Positions 42,002 through 51,537 of a stretch of DNA of 64,000 nt are shown here, in pieces. A program made the position numbers and the translations under genes. The stretch is from the NCBI GenBank assembly GCA_934162195.1, contig CAKPHO010000001.1, forward strand, positions 17,281-81,280, written 5' to 3'. The notes beneath the pieces are model-generated. The model worked only from the letters and a program-made list of their open reading frames with translations, had not been told where the DNA came from and ran no database searches. Each line of letters starts with the position of its first letter. Within the stretch, counting starts at the first letter, position 1. Origin of the DNA: an uncultured Bacilli bacterium (GTDB lineage: Bacteria > Bacillota_I > Bacilli_A > RF39 > UBA660).

Positions 42002-42101
42002 CTGGGCGGACACCGTTGTTGTTCGAATCATCAACGTTATTGTTGTTGACGTTGCCGTTGTAGTTCACGTTCCAAGCATTGTTAGAGTTGTCGGCACGAG
42101 A
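42002..42101 (-). repeat. non-coding, AAC-rich DGR template-repeat-like (TR-like) copy of the 3' end of the upstream pilin-like gene
   Basis: The 100-nt ungapped match to 42372-42471 is 66/100 identical by hand count. Read on the reverse strand in the VR frame it contains 12 AAC and 2 AAT codons in 33 codons. The frame is closed by TAG two codons upstream. It is far more GC-rich than the flanks. Confidence 0.65.
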
Positions 42102-42187
42102 TAACTAACTATAAAAACAGCATGACATTAACAGCATTATCCCAATTATAAAATGTTATTAACATTCATAATCAAAATTTATAAGTA

Positions 42188-42246
42188 GCCGATTTGAAAA
42201 ATCAAATCGGCCATCATCTTAACGGCAAAAACTAAAGATTTTTGCC
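42188..42246. other. two strong hairpins between the VR-like and TR-like elements
   Basis: GCCGATTTGA-AAAA-TCAAATCGGC (42188-42211; 10-bp stem, 4-nt loop) and GGCAAAAA-CTAAAGA-TTTTTGCC (42224-42246). Neither is followed by a clean T-run on the minus strand. Confidence 0.5.
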
Positions 42247-42339
42247 TATTACAAGCCGACAAGTTCGACTTGCTTCTTATGAATTTTATTTTTTTCTTCT
42301 TTTTAATTATTTTCTTCAACTATGTCTTCTAATTCTTTA

Positions 42340-43533
42340 TTATGAGAGTTTAGATTTTAAGACAGTTATAACTGGGCGAACGCCATAGGTGTCCGGATTG
42401 AGAACGCCGGTGCTGCTAACGTAGCCTTCGTAATCCACTTGCCAAGCGATGCTAGAACGCGCAGCACGAGAAGATGCTGTCCAATATCCACATGTAAATT
42501 CATCTGAATTATTTAAGCATCCATATGTAGTACAATTTGTTTTTGTTCTATCATATAACCATCCATATGAACATCCAGTTGTGTTTCCTTCTTTACATGT
42601 ATCACTTTGAGAGCCTGTTTTACTTTCTAAATAATAAGAACTACTATTTTCAGCTACCTTTTCATCCCATCCTGAATAATCAGTTATTGTTGCTATTTCT
42701 TGAGCTGTTATCAATCTTGCTTTATATCCACTATAATCTATTGTATATTTTGCATTACTTGTTTCTCCTGTTTGATCCATTGTATAATTTGATGGTGTTA
42801 TCGTCCCTTGCCATCCATCTGTATCTGTTTTTAATTGGTTTAACACTTCTTTTGGACCGCTTGCATTACTTCCCCTTGAATTCCATGCAACGGTTGCTGT
42901 TGTATTATGGTCTAGTATTAAATTGACTGTATCTTTTCCATCATCATTAAAGGCATAGAATTTCATACATCTACTCTTTGTTCCTGTATTACTTTGTGTT
43001 TCTGTATAATCACTACATTTTTCTCCTGTTGTTACATTAAAATATACTACTTCTCCGTTGGTATATGTTTTTGTTGGTTGTGGTGTTGCTGGAGTTGTAT
43101 TTCCTTTCTCAGTCGCTTCATATGTTTTCTTAGTAGAATTATATGAAACAGTGTAATCTCCTATTGCCATAGTCGATGATGATTGATCAACACTTCCATT
43201 TGTTATCTTTATTTTTCCTGATGTTGGTTTTGTTCCGCTCATTTCTATTTTTATCTTCTTATCATCTGAACAACTTGCACTTTTATCTCTACATAGATTT
43301 CCATCACTTGTTATTTGATATTCGCCTTCTAGTACTTCATTTTTGCTTAGTCGTTCTTCTGCTACTGCTACTTCTACTTGTTTAACATAGCTATCCGCAC
43401 TTCTTTCAGCTGCCCCTTTCTTCGCATTCTTAATTGTATTCATTACTATTGGTGTTGCGATTAGTGCGATTATTGCTAATACTACTATTACCGCTAATAA
43501 TTCTATTAAGGTGAAAGCATTTTTTCTTTTCAT
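42340..43533 (-). CDS. prepilin-type N-terminal (class III signal) protein with C-terminal DUF1566/C-type-lectin-fold-like domain; putative DGR target
   Basis: The N-terminus is MKRKNAFTLIELLAVIVVLAIIALIATPIV (pilin methylation/cleavage motif). The C-terminus is ARLITAQEI...GYWTASSRAARSSIAWQVDYEGYVSSTGVLNPDTYGVRPVI, which fits the YWSS...AW.V...G.V...VR pattern of the Lcl/DUF1566 domains that carry DGR variable regions. Confidence 0.75.
   Translation of the reverse strand: MKRKNAFTLIELLAVIVVLAIIALIATPIVMNTIKNAKKGAAERSADSYVKQVEVAVAEERLSKNEVLEGEYQITSDGNLCRDKSASCSDDKKIKIEMSGTKPTSGKIKITNGSVDQSSSTMAIGDYTVSYNSTKKTYEATEKGNTTPATPQPTKTYTNGEVVYFNVTTGEKCSDYTETQSNTGTKSRCMKFYAFNDDGKDTVNLILDHNTTATVAWNSRGSNASGPKEVLNQLKTDTDGWQGTITPSNYTMDQTGETSNAKYTIDYSGYKARLITAQEIATITDYSGWDEKVAENSSSYYLESKTGSQSDTCKEGNTTGCSYGWLYDRTKTNCTTYGCLNNSDEFTCGYWTASSRAARSSIAWQVDYEGYVSSTGVLNPDTYGVRPVITVLKSKLS
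42372..42471 (-). repeat. DGR variable-repeat-like (VR-like) segment at the 3' end of the pilin-like gene
   Basis: By eye this is over 50% GC in a genome under 30% GC, and it is adenine-poor on the coding strand (19 A vs 33 A in the TR-like copy, hand count). Every position that is AAC in the TR-like copy holds a different codon here. Confidence 0.65.
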
Positions 43534-43565
43534 TTTAATTCCTCCTACTCTTTACTTTCTCTTAA

Positions 43566-43595
43566 ATTATACCCTCCCCCAGAAGCATTTGTCAA
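43566..43595 (-). promoter_or_regulatory. consensus sigma-A promoter of the pilin-like gene
   Basis: Reverse strand reads TTGACA-18 nt-TATAAT. The -35 box is bracketed by the inverted repeat CTCCCC...GGGGAG. Confidence 0.55.
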
Positions 43596-43727
43596 CAGGG
43601 GAGTTTATAATATTTTGATTATTTTGGAGGGTAAATTATTGGTAAATTATTTACTTAAAGTCACTTTTTATGCGATACGAGAACTTAACTTTTAACTTTC
43701 ACACTTTTTGGATCAAAAAAAGAAGAA

Positions 43728-45695
43728 CTAGTCTTCTTCTAAAGCTTTAATTAATTCTTCTTTATTTAATTTAGAATATCCTTTGATACCTTTTTCTTTA
43801 GCTAATGATTTTAAATCTGCTAAAGAAAGATCTTCTAAAGTAGCATCTTTTACTTCTTCTTCTGGCATATGACCATGTTCTACTAAATATTCAATTTGTT
43901 CTTTAGTAATTGTTTCATATTCAAGTAGAGTATTTGCTATTAAGTCAAGTAATGGTCTATTTTCTTTTAATATCTTAGTTGCTACTTCATATTGTTCACC
44001 AATAATTTTTCTAATTTCTTCATCAATTTGAAAAGCAACTTGACTAGAGAAATTTCTACTCTTATTATAATCTCTTCCTAAGAAAACGCTTGATTCTTGA
44101 TGTTCAAATTGAACTGGCCCTAAAGAACTCATTCCATATTCTGTAACCATAGCTCTTGCTATCTTAGTAGCTTTTTCAAAATCATTATGCGCACCAGTTG
44201 TAATTTCACCAAATACTAATTCTTCAGAAACACGTCCTCCTAATAAACCACTTATTGTTTCTAATAATTGATTTTTAGTTGATAAGAAGGTTTCTTCTTT
44301 TGGTAACATCAAATTATACCCACCAGCTGCACCACGAGGTACAATAGTAATTTTTTGTACATCGTTAGCACCATCAAGTTTTAATCCAATTACAGCATGA
44401 CCAGCTTCATGATAAGCAACAATTTTCTTTTCTTTATCTGTATATTTATGACTCTTTTTAGCAGGACCCATAAGTACTCTATCATGAGCTTCATCTATTT
44501 CTGCCATTGTAATAACATCTTTATTTCTTCTTACAGCAAGTAGTGCAGCTTCATTTAATAAGTTTTCTAAATCAGCACCACTAAATCCAACTGTTCTTTT
44601 TGCTATATTAGCAAGTTTTACACCTTTAGCAAATGTTTTTCCTTTGGCATGAACTTCTAATATTTCTTCTCTACCTTTAATATCAGGTAAATTAACTGTT
44701 ACTTGTCTATCAAATCTTCCAGGTCTTAAAAGCGCTGGATCTAAAACATCAGGTCTATTAGTTGCAGCTATAATGATTATTCCCTCGTTTGCTCCAAAAC
44801 CATCCATTTCAGTTAATAATTGATTTAATGTTTGCTCGCGTTCATCGTGACCTCCACCTAAGCCAGCTCCACGTTGACGTCCTACAGCATCTATCTCATC
44901 AATAAAGATTAAGCAAGGGGCAGATTGTTTAGCTTGTTTAAACATATCTCTAACACGACTAGCACCAACACCAACAAATAATTCAACAAATTCAGAACCA
45001 CTTATATAGTAGAATGGTACATTTGCTTCACCAGCAACAGCACGTGCAAGCAAAGTCTTACCTGTTCCTGGAGGACCAACTAATAATACACCCTTAGGTA
45101 TTCTAGCTCCCAATCTTTGGAATTTCTTAGGATTTTTTAAGAAATCAATAAGTTCAGCAACTTCTTCTTTTTCTTCATCTAATCCAGCAACTTCTTTAAA
45201 AGTTACTTTTCTAGCATCTTCATTTAAACGAGCTCTACTACGACCAAAATCCATTGATTTGTTAGCACTACCCATTTGTCTTGTAATTATGAAGAATGCC
45301 CCAAATATTAACAATGCTGAAGGTAAAATGTTTACTATAAAAAGTAAAACAGTACTTGAATCTGGATCTGCTACTGCATTCATCTTAAATCCTTTTTCTT
45401 GTTGTAACGTAATTACTTGACTCATTACTTCATCAGAATAAGGTGTTCTAATTAAGAATGATTCATTTTCCTTATACCCTTCCATTGTTCCTTTTAATTC
45501 ATATAAGCCTGCATTACTACGAGGAACAATTACTATTTCAGTAATTTTCCCTTCTTTAGCAGAATTTATAAATTCATCATATGTAAGTATATTTATTTTT
45601 TGATTAGCAATATTAAAGAAGTACATAATTCCTAAAATTGCAATTACTAAAAATAAATATGGTAATAAACCTTTTTTTAGTGTTTTTTTATTCAT
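43728..45695 (-). CDS. ftsH: ATP-dependent zinc metalloprotease FtsH with C-terminal Rho_N/SAP-like tail
   Basis: [18 protein letters not shown] region, and HEAGHA zinc motif. ATG 45695 follows an AAGGAAG RBS. The tail reads [33 protein letters not shown]. Confidence 0.95.
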   Translation of the reverse strand: MNKKTLKKGLLPYLFLVIAILGIMYFFNIANQKINILTYDEFINSAKEGKITEIVIVPRSNAGLYELKGTMEGYKENESFLIRTPYSDEVMSQVITLQQEKGFKMNAVADPDSSTVLLFIVNILPSALLIFGAFFIITRQMGSANKSMDFGRSRARLNEDARKVTFKEVAGLDEEKEEVAELIDFLKNPKKFQRLGARIPKGVLLVGPPGTGKTLLARAVAGEANVPFYYISGSEFVELFVGVGASRVRDMFKQAKQSAPCLIFIDEIDAVGRQRGAGLGGGHDEREQTLNQLLTEMDGFGANEGIIIIAATNRPDVLDPALLRPGRFDRQVTVNLPDIKGREEILEVHAKGKTFAKGVKLANIAKRTVGFSGADLENLLNEAALLAVRRNKDVITMAEIDEAHDRVLMGPAKKSHKYTDKEKKIVAYHEAGHAVIGLKLDGANDVQKITIVPRGAAGGYNLMLPKEETFLSTKNQLLETISGLLGGRVSEELVFGEITTGAHNDFEKATKIARAMVTEYGMSSLGPVQFEHQESSVFLGRDYNKSRNFSSQVAFQIDEEIRKIIGEQYEVATKILKENRPLLDLIANTLLEYETITKEQIEYLVEHGHMPEEEVKDATLEDLSLADLKSLAKEKGIKGYSKLNKEELIKALEED

Positions 45696-45710
45696 CAACA
45701 AACTTCCTTT

Positions 45711-47039
45711 CTAATAGTACTTTAGTATTATATCATACTTATCATCAATTTTTTTATCAAATTTTGATTTTTTTAAACCAGGGAGCCAAACAATATTATT
45801 CTTTGAATCAACTACTACTGGCCATAAATCTCTTTCATTTTGATTTATTTTTTCATCAATAAAAATATCTTTTACTTTTTTACTACCTAACATTCCTTTA
45901 ATATATATTTTATCTCCATTCCTTCTAGAACGAACATGCAAAGGTAAACAAATTTCATCACTTGATAATCTAATTACATTATTATCAGTTAACTTGCTCT
46001 TATCTACTACCTCTATATTTTTACCATTAGGAAGATTTACATATTTAATAATTTCTATTTCATATTCATTAGAACTAACATCTTCATTAGTTAAAGTAAG
46101 CGTATTATATGATTTTACAGCTTTAATATTATTAGGTAAATGAATAGAAACATTAGCTCTATTTGAATTAATTAATTGATATATTAATTCCGCATGATGA
46201 TCAGTTATCAACATTAAATCATCTTGATATTTTTGTTCTAACATATAATATATTATTTTCATAGCTATAACTCTATCTAGTTTTTCAAACTCTTCGATAT
46301 TTAAAACATTCTGAGGATAAACTTTATTTAAACATCTTTTCATTTGTTTATCTATGTACTCATTATATTCAAGTAGAGTCTTACTAAATTTATAAAATTT
46401 AGCATTTACGTGTTTATCTTCTTTTTTAAACTGTGGAACAATATACTTTCTAAATCTATTTCTTGTATATACATCCTTAGTATTAGAAGAATCTTCTCTA
46501 AATGGTACTCTATTCTTTTTATCATAGGATAAAATATCATCTTTACTCACTTCGATAAGTGGTCTCACTATTTTATAAGTTCCCATATCAACAATCTTAG
46601 AAAATCCACTATATCCTCTTAAGGTAGATCCTCTAACAATGCGCATTAGGATTGTTTCAGTTAAATCATCACCGTGATGAGCCGTAAAAAGATATTTAGC
46701 TTTATATTTTTTTACTATTTCTCCAAAATAACTATATCTTTTTGTTCTAGCTTCATTATGAAAATTATCATCACCATAGTCTTCAATTGTCATACCTTCA
46801 AAAGTAAGACCATGATTACGGCAATAAGCTTTAACAAATTCTTGTTCTTCTGCCTGTCCATTTCTTCCGGTATTATGATTTACCTGTGCACAAACCACTT
46901 CTATATCCAAGGCTTTTTTCAATCGATAAAGCATATGTAAAAGCGCCATAGAGTCTGGCCCGCCAGAACACGCTACTACAACTGCATCACCATATTTAAT
47001 ACCTAATTCATTAAATAAAAAATCATATGCTTTATCCAT
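45711..47039 (-). CDS. tilS: tRNA(Ile)-lysidine synthase
   Basis: PP-loop VVACSGGPDSMALLH; sits immediately upstream of ftsH as in Bacillus (without hprT). Confidence 0.9.
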   Translation of the reverse strand: MDKAYDFLFNELGIKYGDAVVVACSGGPDSMALLHMLYRLKKALDIEVVCAQVNHNTGRNGQAEEQEFVKAYCRNHGLTFEGMTIEDYGDDNFHNEARTKRYSYFGEIVKKYKAKYLFTAHHGDDLTETILMRIVRGSTLRGYSGFSKIVDMGTYKIVRPLIEVSKDDILSYDKKNRVPFREDSSNTKDVYTRNRFRKYIVPQFKKEDKHVNAKFYKFSKTLLEYNEYIDKQMKRCLNKVYPQNVLNIEEFEKLDRVIAMKIIYYMLEQKYQDDLMLITDHHAELIYQLINSNRANVSIHLPNNIKAVKSYNTLTLTNEDVSSNEYEIEIIKYVNLPNGKNIEVVDKSKLTDNNVIRLSSDEICLPLHVRSRRNGDKIYIKGMLGSKKVKDIFIDEKINQNERDLWPVVVDSKNNIVWLPGLKKSKFDKKIDDKYDIILKYY

Positions 47040-47091
47040 TATTAACACCTCTACATTATTTTATATCAATTACAATTTTATATCAAGTTTA

Positions 47092-47742
47092 TTACCATTT
47101 TATTGGCAATAAACCATCGTTTTCTAAATAATTATTAATTTTAGAAAAAGGACGACTGCCAAAAAATCCTCGTGACGCAGAAAGTGGGGATGGATGCGCT
47201 GATTCTATAATATGATGCTTAGGATTAGTTATAAGATATTTTTTACTTCTAGCAAAGCTCCCCCACAAAACAAATATTACTGGTTTTTCTCTTTCATTTA
47301 ATTTCTGAATAACTGTGTCAGTAAAAATCTCCCAACCTCTTTCTTTATGTGATAAAGGTTTATCTTTTTCTACTGTCATGATTGCATTAAGTAAAAGAAC
47401 CCCCTGCTCTGCCCAATCTATCAAGCAATTATTAGTTCTAACAATACCCAAATCAGAATAAAGCTCTTTAAATATATTGTTTAATGATGGTGGTCTTTTT
47501 ACTCCAGGTAATACCGAAAAAGAAAGACCGTGAGCCTCACCCTTACCATGATAAGGATCTTGACCTAGGATAACTACCTTTACATCATCATAGTCTGTAT
47601 ACCTTAAAGCGTTAAAAATGTTTACATAATCTGGATAACATTCATGAATTTTATATTCATTTTTAACAAAACACCCTAATTTACGAAAATATTCCTTTTT
47701 CATCTCATTTTGTAATACTTCATCCCATTTTTTATTTATCAT
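47092..47742 (-). CDS. ung: uracil-DNA glycosylase (family 1)
   Basis: [18 protein letters not shown] and [11 protein letters not shown] motifs. Confidence 0.93.
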   Translation of the reverse strand: MINKKWDEVLQNEMKKEYFRKLGCFVKNEYKIHECYPDYVNIFNALRYTDYDDVKVVILGQDPYHGKGEAHGLSFSVLPGVKRPPSLNNIFKELYSDLGIVRTNNCLIDWAEQGVLLLNAIMTVEKDKPLSHKERGWEIFTDTVIQKLNEREKPVIFVLWGSFARSKKYLITNPKHHIIESAHPSPLSASRGFFGSRPFSKINNYLENDGLLPIKW

Positions 47743-47754
47743 ACTACATCACCT

Positions 47755-49071
47755 TTAATCTATTTTATCACATTTTTTTATAGTTTCATATTCTAATTCT
47801 TCCTTTACATTTTTTCTAAGTGATATTAAAGCATAAATATTGATAATAGCAAGCAAAGACATCATTATATCAACAAATGACCATAACTTTTCCGAAGATA
47901 AAACACACCCTAAAAACAGTACAAAAAGAGAAACTATCTTTAGTATGATCAAATAAATATTTTTTACATTTTTAAAAAAATACTTTAAACTAGATTCACC
48001 ATCATAATAGCCAGTTAGAATTGTTGTGTATGAAAAAAGCAATACTGAAATAAAAAGAAGTATATCACCAATATTGCCAAGGTGGTAACGAAAGGCATGT
48101 TGTGTTATTTCTATACCATTAACATCATTCAAAGAAAGCGTAGTATAATCTGAACACATGATAATAATTACTGTAGCTGTACAAATTAATATTGTTGTAA
48201 CATATATTCCAAGCATCTGAATATATCCCTGTGATACAGAACTATCAGTGCTAGAAGTTGACGAGGTAATGCTTCCTGTCCCTAATCCAGCTTCATTTGA
48301 AAAAATACCTCGTTGAACACCTACTATTAAACTTCCTAAGATTCCTCCATACGCTGATTTCAAAGAAAAAGCCGACTTAACAATATTTAAAAAAATGCTT
48401 GGTAATAAAGTAATATTTTTAATTGCTACAAATATCGCTATGCTCACATATAAAATTGTCATAAATGGAACAAACTTCTCTGAAAAAGATGCAATCTTCT
48501 TTAAACCACCAAATATAACAATAGAAGTTATTAAAACCAAAACTATTCCTATAATAAATGGTGAAATATTTATTATTTGTAAAAAGGATTTAGTTATTGT
48601 ATTACCTTGAATACCAACAAACCCAAGTACATAACTAACAAGAATTAAAATAGCGTATAATCCCCCTAATTTAGGTTTACAAAGACCATATTTTAAATAA
48701 TATGATGGACCACCTTTATATTCATCTCCATCTTTTTTTCTATATACAATTCCTAAAACAGTTTCTGCAAAGGTATTAGCTGCTGAAAAAAAGGCACTAA
48801 TCCACATCCAAAAAATACTTCCTGGACCCCCTAAATATAAAGCAAGCGCAACACCAGCAATACTACCAACACCTATTCGTGATCCTAGTGTCATAAGAAA
48901 ACTTTGAATAGGGCTTATTCCTCTATCATTACCACTACTAGTAAATAAATTTTTAAACATCTCTTTAAAATTTAATTGAACAAACCTTAAAGAACAAGAA
49001 AAATAAAAACTTGATATTATTATTAATGAAGTAGCAATTACCCACATAGCTTTATTTATATTTTCTAACAT
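47755..49071 (-). CDS. sodium:alanine (AGCS family) symporter
   Basis: Polytopic protein of about 438 aa with the AGCS-like N-terminal region (FVQLNFKEMFKNLF...GISPIQSFLMTLGSRIGVGSIAGVALAL). Confidence 0.75.
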   Translation of the reverse strand: MLENINKAMWVIATSLIIISSFYFSCSLRFVQLNFKEMFKNLFTSSGNDRGISPIQSFLMTLGSRIGVGSIAGVALALYLGGPGSIFWMWISAFFSAANTFAETVLGIVYRKKDGDEYKGGPSYYLKYGLCKPKLGGLYAILILVSYVLGFVGIQGNTITKSFLQIINISPFIIGIVLVLITSIVIFGGLKKIASFSEKFVPFMTILYVSIAIFVAIKNITLLPSIFLNIVKSAFSLKSAYGGILGSLIVGVQRGIFSNEAGLGTGSITSSTSSTDSSVSQGYIQMLGIYVTTILICTATVIIIMCSDYTTLSLNDVNGIEITQHAFRYHLGNIGDILLFISVLLFSYTTILTGYYDGESSLKYFFKNVKNIYLIILKIVSLFVLFLGCVLSSEKLWSFVDIMMSLLAIINIYALISLRKNVKEELEYETIKKCDKID

Positions 49072-49121
49072 ATTATCACCAAAAAACATTTTAGGCTATT
49101 TTGTTGTCCTAAAATGTCTAA

Positions 49122-49949
49122 TTATAAATTATTGGCTATTTCGATAAATATTTCTGTTGATAATTGTTCCGCGCGAACACTCAAATCTAAATTGTGTCTA
49201 TTTAACACTTCTTCTATTTTTTCTAAATTATAACCTTTTAAATTATTACGTAACGTTTTTCTTTTTTGAGTAAATGAATCCCTAATTAATTTAAAGAATA
49301 CTTCTTCATTTTTTACTGCTAATAAATTTTCCTTCTTAGAAAATTCCACAATAATACTATCAACATTAGGTTCCGGCATAAATACATGACGACTAATATC
49401 AAGTATTTTCTTAACATCAAAATAATAATTTAAATAAACTGATAATGATCCATATTCTTTGCTTCCTGGTAATGCTTTAAAGCGATTCCCAACTTCTTTT
49501 TGAACCATAAAGACCATCTTATCTACTGGGATACAATCTTCAATAATCTTTATTATTATTGGTGTTGTTATATAATATGGTAGATTTGCAACAAAATATA
49601 ATTTTTTATATTCATAACCTTTTATATCATCTAACACATTAGCTTTTAAAAAATCTTGATATATAATTTTTACATTATTTAAATCACGAGTATTTTCTTT
49701 TAATACATTTTCTAGAGTCGTATCTATCTCATAACAAATTACATTTTTAGCAGATATACCTAATTTGTATGTTAAAGAACCCGCTCCTGGGCCTACTTCA
49801 ATTACTAATGTGTCTTTATCTATCTTGCTTTTATCTATTATTGAGTTAATTACATTCTCATCTATTATAAAGTTTTGACCAAACTTTTTCTTTAATGAAA
49901 ATCCATTTTTTTCTAATAATTCTTTCATTTTTTTAGGTGAATACTCCAT
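49122..49949 (-). CDS. rsmA: 16S rRNA (adenine1518/1519-N6)-dimethyltransferase
   Basis: KKFGQNFIIDENVI, VIEVGPGAGSLT, ANLPYYITTPII. Confidence 0.93.
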   Translation of the reverse strand: MEYSPKKMKELLEKNGFSLKKKFGQNFIIDENVINSIIDKSKIDKDTLVIEVGPGAGSLTYKLGISAKNVICYEIDTTLENVLKENTRDLNNVKIIYQDFLKANVLDDIKGYEYKKLYFVANLPYYITTPIIIKIIEDCIPVDKMVFMVQKEVGNRFKALPGSKEYGSLSVYLNYYFDVKKILDISRHVFMPEPNVDSIIVEFSKKENLLAVKNEEVFFKLIRDSFTQKRKTLRNNLKGYNLEKIEEVLNRHNLDLSVRAEQLSTEIFIEIANNL

Positions 49950-50012
49950 AATATCTCTCCCAACCACTACGATTATACTAAAACATTAATTTTTTTTCAA
50001 CAAAAAAGATGG

Positions 50013-50702
50013 TTACCATCCCCATCTTTGTACATTAAACGAAGCATTATTTGATGTTGCTTGATAAACAATTTTATCTTTTTCTGTTGCATGAGCTATA
50101 TCGATATGAACTAAACCATAACTATTCCAACTGTTTACCATAGCAGAACCTGTATCCATAACTATTCCTAGGAAAGGTTCTAATCTTCCATTATCTATTT
50201 CAATTATTGTTCCACATTTAAACATACTTAAATTAGCCGCAATAATTCTAACATCTCCATATTGAATATCATGATAGTATTCTCCACTTTCATTAATATT
50301 AAATTTTCCGCCTTCTCTAGTCTTACAAGAAACTCTTCCTGAGCACCCTTTACAATCAGCACCGTATCCTGTTGTATTACCTTTATAAACACCTTTAGGA
50401 CCTGTTCCAACCTCAACCACTTCCGATACAGAAGCATTTAATTCTTTTTCTTTCCCATTTTCATTTTTATAACTTAAACCGTTCTTGCCTTCTACCAATA
50501 CGTTCTTTTTATTAGAAGGTAATTTATTATTATATTTTACGACAGTATCGTACTCAACAACCGTTGATATAACTGGGGTATCATATATTTGATTCTCTAT
50601 AACTATTGTTTCTTTAGAAAAATTATTTCCCATTAAAGAAAACAATGACATAAATAAAATACTTATTACGCGATAAAACACTCTTAATATAAATAAATTC
50701 AT
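50013..50702 (-). CDS. G5 + 3D domain cell-wall protein (YabE-like)
   Basis: N-terminal signal/TM segment, a G5-like segment (VVEYDTVVKYNNKLPSNKKNVLVEGKNGL) and a C-terminal 3D domain (GTIIEIDN...GIVMDTGSAM...HIDI). Synteny is tatD-yabE-rsmA. Confidence 0.75.
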   Translation of the reverse strand: MNLFILRVFYRVISILFMSLFSLMGNNFSKETIVIENQIYDTPVISTVVEYDTVVKYNNKLPSNKKNVLVEGKNGLSYKNENGKEKELNASVSEVVEVGTGPKGVYKGNTTGYGADCKGCSGRVSCKTREGGKFNINESGEYYHDIQYGDVRIIAANLSMFKCGTIIEIDNGRLEPFLGIVMDTGSAMVNSWNSYGLVHIDIAHATEKDKIVYQATSNNASFNVQRWGW

Positions 50703-50736
50703 TTATTCACCTCTATCACATAGTACAAAAATCTTA

Positions 50737-51495
50737 TCACAAAATATCTTTCAAGTCAAATTGCTTAACTGCTACAGTTGTTGTTTCTTTTAACACCTCT
50801 TCTATGGTAATTTCTTTTAATCTAGCAATCTCTTTAGCTACATAATATATATTATAAGGTTCATTTCTCTTACCTCTAAAAGGTTCTGGAGTTAAATAAG
50901 GACTATCAGTTTCTAGCATTAAATTTTCTAAAGGCACATTCTTAACTACATTCTTTAACTTTTCACTATTTTTAAAAGTTAAGACTCCACCTATTCCAAG
51001 TTTAAATCCTAATTTTATAAATTCGCGAGCCATCTCCAAGCTACTGCTAAAGCAATGAATATCAACTTTTAAATCAGAATAATTTTTTAAAATATCGTAA
51101 GTTTCTTGAATAGCATCCCTACTATGAATAACTACACTTTTCTTATATTTTCTAGCTAATTCAAGTTGTTCAATGAAATATTTTTTTTGAATTTCTTTAT
51201 CTACATCATTATAATGATAATCTAGTCCTATTTCTCCAATACCAACTATTTTAGGATTGTTTATATTATTTTCTATAAATTCTAAATATTTATCTATTGA
51301 TTCATCAATTTCTTCCGGATGGATACCCATTGTTCCATAAATATTTTTATACTTATTACAAAGCTCTACAACTTGTCTATTTGATGAATCACTAGCACCA
51401 CTCACTATCATTATATTATCATTCATCGTTTTTATAACTAAATCTAAATCAGGATAATCTTCTCTATCAAGATGGCAATGTGTATCTATCATCAT
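50737..51495 (-). CDS. tatD: TatD-family metal-dependent hydrolase/DNase (YabD-like)
   Basis: IDTHCHL, GEIGLDYHY, VVIHSRDA, LETDSPYLTP. Confidence 0.9.
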   Translation of the reverse strand: MMIDTHCHLDREDYPDLDLVIKTMNDNIMIVSGASDSSNRQVVELCNKYKNIYGTMGIHPEEIDESIDKYLEFIENNINNPKIVGIGEIGLDYHYNDVDKEIQKKYFIEQLELARKYKKSVVIHSRDAIQETYDILKNYSDLKVDIHCFSSSLEMAREFIKLGFKLGIGGVLTFKNSEKLKNVVKNVPLENLMLETDSPYLTPEPFRGKRNEPYNIYYVAKEIARLKEITIEEVLKETTTVAVKQFDLKDIL

Positions 51496-51537
51496 TTCTA
51501 TCACCAAAAAAATTATACCACACTTTGTAGTATAATT

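Noticed and set aside
42021-42029. GTTCGAATC, the classic tRNA T-arm string, seen in an intergenic region.
   Set aside because: It lies inside the TR-like repeat. There is no matching acceptor stem, D-arm or anticodon arm around it, and the homologous VR position differs. It is a coincidence.
42537-43385. Plus-strand ORFs 42537..42926 and 43176..43385 inside the pilin-like gene.
   Set aside because: Their translations are Leu/Phe/Tyr-rich low-complexity sequence, the antisense image of a Thr/Asn/Lys/Glu-rich gene. The minus-strand protein has clear pilin and DUF1566-like motifs.
50228-50437. Same-strand alternative-frame ORFs 50228..50437 (inside the yabE-like gene) and 52895..53119 (inside metG).
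   Set aside because: They are fully nested in genes whose main frame has strong family motifs. There is no independent support for them.
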